Both the position numbers and the translations under genes were made by a program. DNA of 64,000 bases from Sphyrna mokarran. Its lineage: Eukaryota. Below the pieces are notes generated by a model. That model worked only from the letters and a program-made list of their open reading frames with translations, was not told where the DNA came from and made no database searches. Position 1 is the first letter of the stretch; each line of letters starts with the position of its first letter. The stretch covers positions 71,176,001 through 71,240,000 of the forward strand of contig JAGIQG010000011.1 of the NCBI GenBank assembly GCA_024679065.1, read 5' to 3'. Below are positions 51,718 to 63,249 of the stretch, one piece after another.

Positions 51718-52975
51718 AATTTTTTTTCTTTGCTGCATGTGAGTATCACAGACAAGGTCTAGCCAATTCCTATTTGCCTCTGTAAGGATGGTGATGAGCT
51801 GTCTTCTTGAATCGTTACAGTTAATATGATGTAGGTGCATCCATTGTGTTGTCAGGGAGGGAGTTCCAGGATTTTGATCCAGTGACTGTGAAGGAACAGC
51901 GATATATTTATGAGCTTGAATGGACTCTGACATCGAGGGGAGCTTGAAGGTGGTGGTACTCCTATCCACCTGCTGCCTTTGATCTTCTAGCCAGGAGAGA
52001 TTAAGGGTTTAGAAAGTGCTGTTAAAGGAACCTTGATGAAGTGTTATAGAACGTCATCTACATGATACACACTGCCATCATTTGAGAACCTGTTTGTGGT
52101 AGGAAATAAACGTTTAAGATGCTGTTTGGGGTTCCATCCAAGTGAGTTATTTTACCTATCTGGTGTCAAGTTTCTTGGTTAAGAAACTTGCACTCTGCCA
52201 GGCAGTGGAGGGTGTTCCATCAGGTTGATTTCTGTCTTATGAATAGACTTTGAGAAGTCAGGAGATAATTTACTTGCTGCAGAATTCTGAATCTCTTCCT
52301 GCTCTTCTAGTCAGAATGTCTGTGCGGTTGGTTGAGATGAGTTTCTCATAAGTGGTGATCCCCAGGATGATGGTGGGGGTTCAGTGATAACCACGTCATT
52401 GAAAGTCAAAAGGAAATAGATTGATTCTCTCTTGTTGGATATTGTCATTGCCTGTCTGGCATTAATGTGACTCATCACATTCCAGCCCAAGCTTAAATAT
52501 GGTCCAGATCTTTCTGCATGCAGGGCCAGTCTGCTTCAGTATCCAAAGTGATAGTAATGGTAATGAATACAGTGCTATCATCATAGAACATTATCAGTTC
52601 TAACCTTATTTGGAAAGGAGATCAAGCAGCTGAAGATGGCTGAGCCTGCAACACTACCCTGAGGAACGCCTGCAGCAATGACAGGGGCTAAGCTTCAATA
52701 CTCTTAACTTCCTTTGTGCTCAGAATGATTCCAACTAATGACTTCACTTTTGCTAGGGTTGACACATGTGGTCAAATGGTGCCTTGATGTCAAGGGCAGT
52801 GACTTTCACCTTACCTCTTCAATTCAGTTATTTTGTGCATGTTTAGTGGAAGGCTGTGAAGCAGTCTGGATATAAGTGACATTGGTGGAATCCAAACTGG
52901 GCATTAGTAAGCAGGTCATTGACAAGAGTGCTGCTTGACAGCACAGTTTACAACACCTTCCATCACTTTGCAATG
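51718..52975 (-). mobile_element. Old CR1/L2-group LINE 3' ~1.2 kb
   Basis: Reverse ORF piece KYIAVPSQSLDQNPGTPS; ccttgacatcaaggcaccatttgac (ALDIKxxFD-like) near 52790. Confidence 0.65.
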
Positions 52976-53909
52976 AATCACTTTCTTACTCACTCATGCG
53001 TGTGCCTACATACATGCACATATGCAGACAATAATATAATACTGGGTCAATGTCTATTTCATGATGCAAATAATGCTCACTAGTGTTTATGAACTTCCAG
53101 ATATTTTCTATAAAAAACTGAGAAAAGATACTCTGTGCCCAATTCTGTGAAGTCCAAATAATCATAGCAAATTCAGTTGGAGAGTATATAGAACAGGCCA
53201 CAATTTAGGGCTAGTCTATCCTTACGTAAATGAATGAGCTTTCTGCATGTTCCCTGCCAAGTCCTATATCTGTTTTGTGGGAACATTCCTGATGGAGTTT
53301 CTGGGAATTCAGCCCAGTCTGTTCACCTGCAGCCCAATAAAACTCATGCCATCTGGAAACTACTCTGGATCCACAAATTGCCCCACAGGAAGGTAATTGA
53401 TAACAGAAGGGATTGATTGCCTTTATAGTCTGCCCTGTTGTCATTTAATATATATAAGTTGAATAGTGGAATTGTGAATGGAAATAGCATAATATGTACC
53501 ATCCCATATAGGAAAGTGCATGTGTCCTTGTTTCAACCCTCATTCATCCATTCTTCAATCTTCATTTGTTCATTCAACCTATCTGCAATCTTTATACATT
53601 CATTGTTCACTCATGTTTCATGCATCTAGCCTTTAAATTTTATCCATACTCTGTTATTCATGACTTACTTGAGTGATTGGGTGTTAGGAATAAGTAACTC
53701 AATATCAGATGATACCAGTCTGGGGAATATTATTCATACTGAGAAAGAATGTAGTATATTACAAGAAGGTGATGGAAAACTTGTTCAACAAATAATTGTT
53801 AAATAAATGTTAAAATGGATAAATATTGGCAGGAAGGACAAAGCAATTGCTGACACCTCAGGAGATAAGAAGCTGTGTGAAAGTTGCCAAAGTTGCAGAG
53901 GGCTTAGGT

Positions 53910-54090
53910 TGCTCTCTCCTTTCTTGAGAGAGATCTAACTGGTGATTTAATCTACAGATCACCACACCTCAGGCGCTGGGCAAGGTTGAGAAGGCAGGGC
54001 CTTTATGAATAACCTCTGCCAGTATGAGAACTGAACCCGCACTGTTGGCATCACTCTGCATCACAAATGAGACATCCAGTAACTGAGCAC
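53910..54090 (-). mobile_element. Additional tRNA-derived shark SINE family
   Basis: Reverse strand gctcagttactggatg...gtgatgcagagtgatgccaacagtgcgggttcagttc...ccttctcaaccttgccc. Confidence 0.65.
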
Positions 54091-54699
54091 CCGTACAATG
54101 GACTGGCTCACAAAGCCAGACTAAACACTCAATACATAACAAAGAAGGCTTTCATTTTCAAGGAATTTTTCAATGCAAACATCTTCTATTCTCTTCCACT
54201 TAGCCATTTAAATGGCTGTTGGACTCCTTTTAATGTTTAATCACCGTAGCTGTCGGCTTGCGATTTATACAGTAGCTTGCATGAAATAAACAAATTATTC
54301 ATAGAATCCATATCTATAAAATTATGCAAAGGTCAATATTGGAATGATTGACTAGGTGAGCAAAAAAACTCTTTAATACACTATTTTTTGCCCAATTTGA
54401 GCAGAAATATATGGATGCTTGGCAATATTCAGTAGTGTGAGATCAAATAATTTTGTGTCCATTGTATGTGCTTAGATCTTAAAGATAATGGCCCAACTAT
54501 TCTGAACAGAATCAGAGCATCAGATCAGACAAAGAGCTATCCATTTCACTAGATGCATTTAAAAATGCCAGTCTTCCGATCTCCAATGTAGAATAACTCC
54601 CTCAGCACAGGAATGCAAGCAGAAAACAGCTATGAAAATCAACACAGTAGACACATCCATTTTATCCAGCACTATAGCTGTCTCACATAAGTTTAAATG

Positions 54700-55750
54700 T
54701 AAAGTGTAGATGGTGGATTCATATCAGTGAACGGGTGAGTAGATAAGTCCATGGATAGGTAAGTGGGTAGATGGGCAGTGTGGGTGAGGTAAGTGGATAA
54801 GATGGGTGAGATAGGTCATAGGGTCATATAGCACAGAAAAGACCCTTTGGCACATTGAGTTTACATCGAAAGTAAAGGCATGCCAATCCCATTATCCTGC
54901 ATTTGTCCCATATCCTTGAATGTTATGGTATTTCAAGTGCTGAAATGGATGAATACGCAGAGTGAGTGATATAAGTTGTTAAGAGGCATTTGGGTGAGGT
55001 GGTAGTATGGCAGTTGGCTAAAGTTGGCAGGTGAGTGAAGTGGACAGGGTAGAAGTTGGGTAGGATGACGTGGAGTAGGAGGATGGAATGGCATATGAGT
55101 GGGGGGGTGGGTCAGGAAGTAGTCGCTTTGAGTTGGTGCCAGTTATCAGGTTGGGAGATAGTCAGATGTGGTCACAGGATCAGGACAGTAGTTGGGGCAA
55201 GTCAGGTTGGGTCAGGGTGTTATTTTGGTGGTGGGGAGTTGAACATCTTTTTGGAATGAGGAGTTGAACATCTGAATGAAGTCAGATGTTTGGGGGTAGT
55301 CGGGTCCAGTCAAGAAGGTAGTGAAATCATGTCAGGGGCATTAGCAGGGTGAAGGAAGGAGAGGGGGAGGGGGTTGGAAGGTAATCAGATCAAGGCAGGA
55401 AGGATAGATGGTTCTGGGGGGTGGGGTTGAGATAGGGGGTTGGAGACTGATAGTCAGGGTATCAACACTGTGTTAGAAAGTTAGCTTTGGTGATTGGGGA
55501 TGTCAGTTCTGTAACTATAAAGGAGTTAGACTAACATTCTTTCTATCGAACATTTCCTGGTCAAGTACTGCGGATCTGTCCAAAGATCATTTAAAAGAGC
55601 ACTGGGAATATAAGAGATTTCCATCGGAAGTTCAAACTTCCTGAGCAATTCCCATAGCCTCAGTGCATCTGGACCTTTGAAGCATCTCAACACTTCTTTT
55701 GGATCATACATCCAGTATCTGACAATCCGGAGATTGAAACATCTGGGCCA
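54700..55750 (+). mobile_element. Second copy of the G-rich non-autonomous element, with a nested CR1 tail at ~54815-54940
   Basis: G-rich tract, and the 3' end matches 8980-9110. Confidence 0.55.
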
Positions 55751-56768
55751 TGTGTGTACTTTGGTGCTAAAACCAGGCACAGTGTTGACATATGCATTGT
55801 CATTTTTAAGATTAAATGAAATTGCTGACTCACAATGCACGCAGAATAATGATTAATGTCTGCTGGCATAAGAGGTGCTGACCAATCATCAGTGTTAGTA
55901 GAATTGTGGCTTCAGAAATAACCACATGAGTTCAAACCACAGACTGAGCAACAGATAGATTATAACTCAAGTACATGATTCAAAACCTACATTGTTCAGT
56001 TACGGGAATGCTGTAACTGGGAATATTATTCTCTTTTCAAGATTTTTTGTTCACTTGAAAATATTTTGAAAAGTTAAGCAAAATTATATGAAAATAAAAA
56101 ATGCTGGAAATACTTAACAGGTCTGGCAGCATCTTTGGAGAAAGAAACAGGATTAACATTCCAAATGGAATGGATAATGATTGTTGTGAAAGTTAACCAT
56201 CTCATAACGCTGACATGCAGAGTATAAGATCTGAAGTCCTTTGACCATTTGCAGTACGAAGTGCAACACGAATCTTTAAGTTAGAAAGGTCAGAAATTCT
56301 CTCTGCTTCTGATTGTATCATGAAACATCAGCTGAGCTTGCTCCAAAACTTAAACAAGACCAACAGATTTTTCCATAGTCCGTCCCTTGCCCACTACGAT
56401 TTCCATGGCAGGCCAATCTGGAAAATTTGTCCAAAGGCACTTCACAAAAGTACTATCAAGAAAAACCTGATACCAAGCCACATAAACAACAACAGCTTGT
56501 ATTTCTTTGACGTCTTTCATATAATAAAATGTCCCAAGGTTCTTTGTAGAGACATAATGAAACAAAATACGTTGGTAAGCCATACAAGGAAATATTGGGC
56601 AGATTTTGCTACTGAGGTAAGTTTTAAGGAATTCCTTAAACAAGGAAAGAGAACTGGACTGGAGAGAGGTTTGAAGAGGGAATTCCAGAGCTGAGGACTT
56701 GGGCAGCAAAATGCATAACTGCCAAATTGGAGCAATGAAAATCAGAGATATCCAAGAGGCCAGAATTA

Positions 56769-56876
56769 ACTTTAGTCACAAGTTGGCTTACATCAACACT
56801 GTAATGAAGTTACCGTAAAAATCTCCTAACTGCCACGCTCCTGCGCCTGTTCACATACACTGAGGGATGAATTTAG
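56769..56876 (-). mobile_element. 5'-truncated SINE tail with 8-bp TSD cagaatta
   Basis: Reverse complement of the 12350-12460 / 44460-44567 tail; cagaatta at 56761-56768 and 56877-56884. Confidence 0.8.
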
Positions 56877-57259
56877 CAGAATTAGAAGAATCAATGTATG
56901 TCAGAGGGCTTTAGGACTGGAGTAGATTACAAAGAATGGGATGAGAGGAATTTGATAACAGGATCAAACCTTTTTAAAATCAAGATACTGTTTAACCAGG
57001 AACAAGTTCGGGTCAGCGAGCAAAGAGCTGATAGATGAGTGTGATTTAGTGTGAATTAGGACAAAGACAACAGAACTTTGGATGACGACTGGTTTACAGA
57101 AGGTAAAATCTAGGAAGTCAGCAGGAGTGCATTGCAAACATCAAAACAATGAGAGCTGAGGCAGGGTTGGAGCCAAGCAGAATTACAGTGGTGGAAACAG
57201 ATGATCTATGCAAAGACAATAATATGTGGTTGGAAACTCACTTCAGGCTCAAATATGAT

Positions 57260-58447
57260 GGGCAGAATTTTCGCAAAAATATTCTAAATGCCTAATTCAC
57301 AGAAAAACTGGATAAATCTTGTTTCTTCAACAGGATTTACAAAATAAATTTCCCTCATCCTATGCATCACAGAGTGCTTTTATGTGAATCCTGCTAAAAA
57401 TCAAAAAGCCGGGCCTATATCTGCTGAAGAGGCCAGCAGCATAGCGCTGAGCAGGCCACTACACATGTGCTGATCTGTCAGAGTGGAGACTGGCACATGC
57501 ACAGTTGCCCCACATTGCTGGTCTTCTGATCGCTGGCCAGCTTCAAGACTCTGCATTGTTGCTCCTCCAACCACCACAGCCCTCAATCGCTGGCTTTCTG
57601 GATGCCTTTGAGCCAGCTCACCATCCCCCCCCATCACCCACACACCTTCACCGCCCTCCCCCACCAGCCCACCTCAATCTTCCCCCAGTAGTCCTGATCT
57701 TTCAACACCACCCCACACCCCAGCAGCCCAAACCTCCTCCCCTCCCTCATAGCTAACAGCCCCCCAGTAGGCTGACCCCCACCTCAATGGCCAGCCTTGA
57801 TCGCTGACCTCTCTCCCCCTGTCATTGATCCAAAATGCAAAGTTGCAGCAGGACCCCTCCCACACTCAACAATCTCCCTACCCCCAACCACAAGCCCTGC
57901 CCCCTATAGAACTCTCCCAGCCTCACCCTTTTGGCACTGCCTGATGTCCGGTGGGCAGTGCTAAGTTGCCCTCTGGGTATTTCCCCCTGGCCTGCTGGAC
58001 AATGTCAGGGGACCGGGTTGGCACTGCCATGCCGGCAATGCCCAGGGGTCATTCCTCCTTACCCCGACCTCCTGAGAGGCCTGCATGGTCTCCCTTCACT
58101 CCAGTGGGGGTCAGACAGCCAGCTTCCACTAATGGGGACTTGTCGTAAGGCCTGTAAGTGAAACACTCCTGACAGGATGGGGAGAATGGGGAGGAGTTGT
58201 CAGAGTGTGGGGGCAGGTGAGGAAACACTAGCAGGCCCAGGGCTGCTAATCCACTGTAAACACGATTAGCACGTTCTCATCAGCTTCACATTAATTTTTG
58301 ATGGGGAGCTGATAACGCCGAAAATCTGCCAGCTGGAGATACGTGGAGGGCGAGGTGCCCAGTGGGAAGCCCGCTACATAGACTCCACTTACGCATTTTT
58401 CCACCCACTGCACTGCTATCAATATAAAGGTTGAGAAAAATCTGTTT
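57260..58447 (+). mobile_element. ~1.2-kb Harbinger-type non-autonomous element
   Basis: gggcagaattttc ... gaaaaatctg termini; homologous to 45828-46774. Confidence 0.6.
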
Positions 58448-58714
58448 CAGCCTTACACTGTTGCCAGGGAGAGGGACTGTGCTGATTGCAAGGCAGTAGG
58501 GGTTTGTGTTGGAGGCAAAAGAAATGGCCCAGTCTTCCCTATATTCAAATGGATAAAATTTTGAGTCAACAGAGATGGCGCTGAGGTTAAACATGGTGTC
58601 ATGCAGTGCATGTGTTGAATGGAAATATAGATTTTGGTTGATTTTGCCAGCATGCATGACAAATGGTAAGTGGCCAAAGTCATCAATGGTAACTGTATGG
58701 GAATTGGGAGAAGA

Positions 58715-58915
58715 TGTAGAGATGCCGGCGTTGGACTGGGGTAGTAAGAACTCAGTAAGAATTTAGCAACACCAATTTTAAATCCAACCGATATATTTGA
58801 TAGTAAATTTGCGAGCTTTCGACACTCTGTGTCTTTGTCAGGCAAATGCAGCTCGCAAATTTACTATCAAATAAATCAGTTGGATTTAAAATTGGTGTTG
58901 CTAAATTCTTACTGA
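58715..58915. mobile_element. Palindromic Penelope-like pseudo-LTR fragment flanked by a 14-bp direct repeat
   Basis: gatgccggcgttggactgggg...agtaagaa...caacacc...tccaac motif, as recalled for shark Penelope ends. Inverted arms at 58752-58817 and 58850-58915. gaattgggagaaga at 58701-58714 and 58914-58927. Confidence 0.75.
58807..58847 (-). ncRNA. Minimal type I hammerhead ribozyme motif with G8>A core substitution
   Basis: AUUUGC-CUGACAA-A-GACAC-AGA-GUGUC-GAAA-GCUC-GCAAAU has a 6-bp stem I, a 5-bp stem II, palindromic AGCU in place of stem III and an NUH site (CUC). Confidence 0.75.
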
Positions 58916-59493
58916 ATTGGGAGAAGAGCCAGGGATTGCAATTCTCTGCCTACAATTAGATGCAAATAGAACCAGGTGATAGTAATTCCATCAAACTGTG
59001 TGACAGTAGTAGGATATTGAGGAGGAAGATGTGATCAACTATGAAAGACAGTCAAGAAGGACCAGGAGCACTATTTTGTTTTTGTCATGATCACAAATGA
59101 TGACTTTTGTGATTTTTTTTTATAAGAGTCATCTTGGCATTGTAATGGGCAGAAACCTCATAGAGGAATTCAGAAATGCAGTTCTGGGAAAGGTAGAAGG
59201 TAAACACAAATTCAATGACTTCTGGGACATTTGAAAAAGAATGAAAAATTGTAGACGTGCCATAGGCCATTATTGGAAAAATGCAGAGATCTTGAAAGGT
59301 TATGCAGAAGGTTACAAAAATATAAAGGCCCAAGCCCTGGAGGGATTTGAAAACAAGGATGGAAAGAATGTATACGATTGGTGATGTTCTGAATACAGGC
59401 ATTCTTAGAAGACTTTACTGTCACTTCCTTACTCTCTTCAAATTACAAAATATATAAATATATTACATAGAAATTAATTATTTAAACACCTTG

Positions 59494-60125
59494 TGTCATG
59501 TGAGTGTATTTTCAGAAAGTATTTTTTTAAATCAGCTTACAATTTAGCAATGCAGTTGGGGAATGGAGCTAAGCTGTGGCAGTCAGGCAATTGGGGTTTT
59601 TTTTAGGCTTTCAGTTTTGCTTTGGGAAGCAGTTTAGCAGCAAGCTAAGAAGCAGTCTCTTTCTATCCTCTCTGTTTGATTCTGCCTTAAAGAAGCCGTA
59701 TTTTGGGAAACAGATTCAATTACAACCTCTTCTAAGTCCTTTCACAAGGGATTTTCAGCATTCAATCCAGGAGGTGGAATTCCTGCAACAAGTGGTCATT
59801 AACTTCTGTTGTATTGTCTTTATTTTAGAGGGTTTTGTGTATTGGATGTTGGCTTTGGTTGGAACACATCAGAGAATTTTTTTAAGAGTTTATATAGAAT
59901 CATATGTTACTTGTTTGTAATTATTAAAAATTCTTGCTCAGTGTCTTACTATACATGTCAACAATATTCTTAATTAAACTTTTTCGATGAAAGCTCCTCA
60001 TGGATCAGTTGAAACACACCTGAAGTGAACCCTCTCCTGCTCATCCTAGCCAAATTCAATGTGAAATGTTACAGGTCAGGCAAGCTTCATAGGACACCTT
60101 GAAATATCCAATCTGACTTGTAACA
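59494..60125. mobile_element. Solo LTR (632 bp) with 4-bp TSD CTTG
   Basis: cttg|TGTCATG ... TGTAACA|cttg; no coding content. Confidence 0.7.
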
Positions 60126-61769
60126 CTTGTAATAAGTTCTTATCAATCATCAGATAGTTGTACTTCGGACTTAATAGCCTTTCATCTCAGCTCCTTCTCT
60201 CATTTTAAAACTATTGAAGTAATGCCTCACAGTTCTGAAGAACTGCAGAGGGTCTGAGGGGAAATATTGGGAAAAAGGAAGTAAGGACCTCCCCTGAAAT
60301 GCAGACAATCAGTTAACATTCTGATTTTAAAAAAGACAGATATTCTAATGGAAGTTGAATACCTTTTCCAATTCCAATTCCAGGTAACAAAGCATGCGTT
60401 CAAGAATTATATTGAAGCCAAACTGATGGTACTCCGATTCCAAAGGTTTAAAAGAGAAAAATTACCTCTGTCCCCTTATGTTACAATGAAATTTCACTTT
60501 TTAACAACATTTTAAGATTTCTATTGACAATTTTACTTTGGCTTAATTGACATACATTGCCATATGTTTTAGCTTAAAACATCTGTTAAGTTTGTTGCCC
60601 CCTTTCTCAGCATGATTTCAGTAAACTCCTTTATCTATATTCCCACTCCATGGCCCATTATCTTTTAAAACAAGAATGTGTTGATCCAAAATAGTAGAAG
60701 TTCTAACCCAGGAATACTGACTCCATAATTTCCTAATTACATTGTTGCAGTATTTGTAATATGTGATTTTGGACTTTCTCTATAATTATTTCCCATGCTT
60801 TACATCAGTAGCTGTAATATGTCTGTCTCATCCCTTTGCTATCCCTAACCGACTGAATCCCTTGACATCTTCGCTGATTTCTTCCAAATTCCATCCCCAT
60901 TCATCAGTTTCTCTTTTCAATTCTCTGTGGAGCCAGCAGCTTCTCATCTTTATCTCCTGGTGTCTCTTTGCTCTCCCCAATTTATTTGTGGTATCTCTGC
61001 TGAATTTCTTGTGCAATCCTGGAACATCTTTTGAATCTCTGAATTCCTGATCTCAGTCGGCTTGTCGTTAGTGACATGCCTGGATACTTTTGCAGTCTTC
61101 ACAAATGATCAATGCAGATCTATGAATTCTTCCATGTTGCCAACTTAAATTTGCTAGAATATGTGATGAGAAAATTATAGCTATGATCAAACATTAGTGT
61201 GAGTGGATCACATTACCATGCCCCTTACTTTTAAAAGTATTCTTCTAGGTCCAAATACTGGATCAGCTTTTCTGAACTTTCTTGTTTGTGTTTTTTTTTA
61301 GATTATTCAAATGTATGGCATTCTGGTCAAGCATTTTTTGCCAGGATCATTGAAATCTAGAGTCTATTTGTACCTATTTTGCAAGTGAAGAGAGTTGGCT
61401 GGAAATGAACAGTCATAAAAGAAACCTTTTCATGTCGCTACTATTTTGTTAGCTTTCCAGATTCTGGTGTCAATAATTTCCAAAGCCTGTTTATGATTGC
61501 AGATAGGGATGCACATCATTTTAGATCTTGCTAAGTAAAGCAGTGGAGGTTTTGAAATGTCACTTTGCTATGGGCATTATATTGATATCACCTGCTCTGG
61601 TTCAGGTCAGAAATTCCAAACTGTTTTATAGAGCCCACCTGGATCATAAGCTTTGTATTTTGATTTTGATTAAGATAAGCATGGTATATTTCACTTCAGG
61701 TATGATTCAAATGACCCACATGGGAGCTTTTATCAAACAAGGTTTATTTAAGTGCAGAGTTAGCATGTA

Positions 61770-62460
61770 TCGTAAGATAATTCGCAAGAACTTTTATCAA
61801 TTACAAGCAAGAAACCAAACAATCATGATAATGTGTAATCCTTAACAAATACATTTAATGGGTTATAATCAAATTAATCCCATAGACAAAAGATCTTTTT
61901 CACAGGTTTAACACAGCATAGACTAATGCTTATGTGATACTGCACTTGAAATCTTTGGATGAAGTCTGCATTCTTTGGATAGACTCAGAACAGTTTGAAG
62001 TCAGAACAGCTTCCTAGATCACATTCTCTGGTCATGCTACCAATAGCAGATTTTCTACTTCAGGAAGGCTTTCAACTAAACAGCAGAATTTCTCAAAACC
62101 AAGGAGAATGTGTGAGAGAGAGAGAGATACTGCTTTCAGTCTGATGTCCTCTCCCTTCTAAACTAAAACATGTTGCCAGCCAAAAACAGAAAAATGAAAC
62201 TGTGAATTACCTAGGAAGAAAAAAGACCTGATCAAAACTCATGACCTTCCTCCTAACAATGCAGAACCATAAGACCATTCCCCAAAGTAAATATACACAA
62301 CTCCAATTTAAGCTATTGAATTAGCAATAAAAGGACATCTCCAGTCAAATCAAATTATATCAGCTGCATGAGCTAACATACAGTAAAACTGTGAGAACTG
62401 CAGTGATCATGTTTTTTTAAAAGAAACTTTCTTAAAGATACACTAAACTCACATCAATAT
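61770..62460. mobile_element. Putative degenerate solo LTR, opposite orientation to 59494
   Basis: End taaaagaaacttttcttaaagatacact resembles the reverse complement of the 59494 start; (AG)n core; no TSD seen. Confidence 0.35.
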
Positions 62461-63249
62461 TATGACTCTGAATTGACTCAAAAGCTTAGATGCATTGTTA
62501 ACATGTGATCTGTAAATTATGCTTGGATTTTGATTAGTATAATAATAAAGCAGCAGCAATGACTGAGAATTGCTAAATCATCCAACCACTGATTTGAAAT
62601 AATTTCACCAAACATTAAAGGAAAGGTAAATAGGTGTCATCACACTATTTGGAGAGTTGCAACCAGCTACATTTGCTGGAATAATCAGTGAGTGAAATTG
62701 CATTAAGCTATATTTGCACACAAATGCGTTGTGTGAAACTCCTCCAGCCAATATTTTAATGAATGCACTCACCTGATAATCGGTTAACATTTTAATTAAA
62801 ATAACGGTTGAAGGATTTTTATAAAAACACTTTCAAACACATTCCAATATCATACATATGGTCTCACACCAGCAATATTAATGCTGATTGGCATTGCAGG
62901 ACCTGCGACATGTACCTGCTAAACAACAGTGATTTTTTTTTTCAATTGGATCTTTTTATTTCCTGTACCTTTCATTCACAGTAATTAATAAAAAATTGGG
63001 AACGTGACAACATGAGGAAAAACTTCAAAAATAAAATCTAGAACTATATACACTGGAGCAGAAAAGTTTCAAAGAAGATGTAAGAGAAAAGGAAGGAAGT
63101 ATATGGTAGGATAAAACTAAAGGGAGGATTATTTACACTAGTCACTGATTGTAAGTAAAGGAGCATCAATTTAAGATTAGTTCCAGAATCATAAAAAGAG
63201 AATCAGTAGAATTTTTTACCCAGCCTACTACGCTGATTGAGGCAACAGT

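Larger units (their letters stand above)
56430..59400 (-). mobile_element. Fragmented L2 LINE(s) hosting nested insertions
   Basis: Reverse ORF pieces LWNSLFKPL, SLSLFKEFLKTYL and ILVFKSLQGL resemble the L2 ORF2 C-terminus. Confidence 0.6.

Noticed and set aside
53700-53830. gatgataccagtctggggaatattattcat, superficially like the next exon (DDSQWEDIH)
   Set aside because: The frame gives a DDTSLG motif of a decayed CR1 RT (ADDTKLG); no VTGALK continuation.
58752-58915. Hairpin as a canonical microRNA gene or Tc1-type MITE
   Set aside because: The stem is too long and perfect for a typical pre-miRNA. The insert is asymmetric with a 14-bp flanking repeat and a hammerhead motif, which fits Penelope better.
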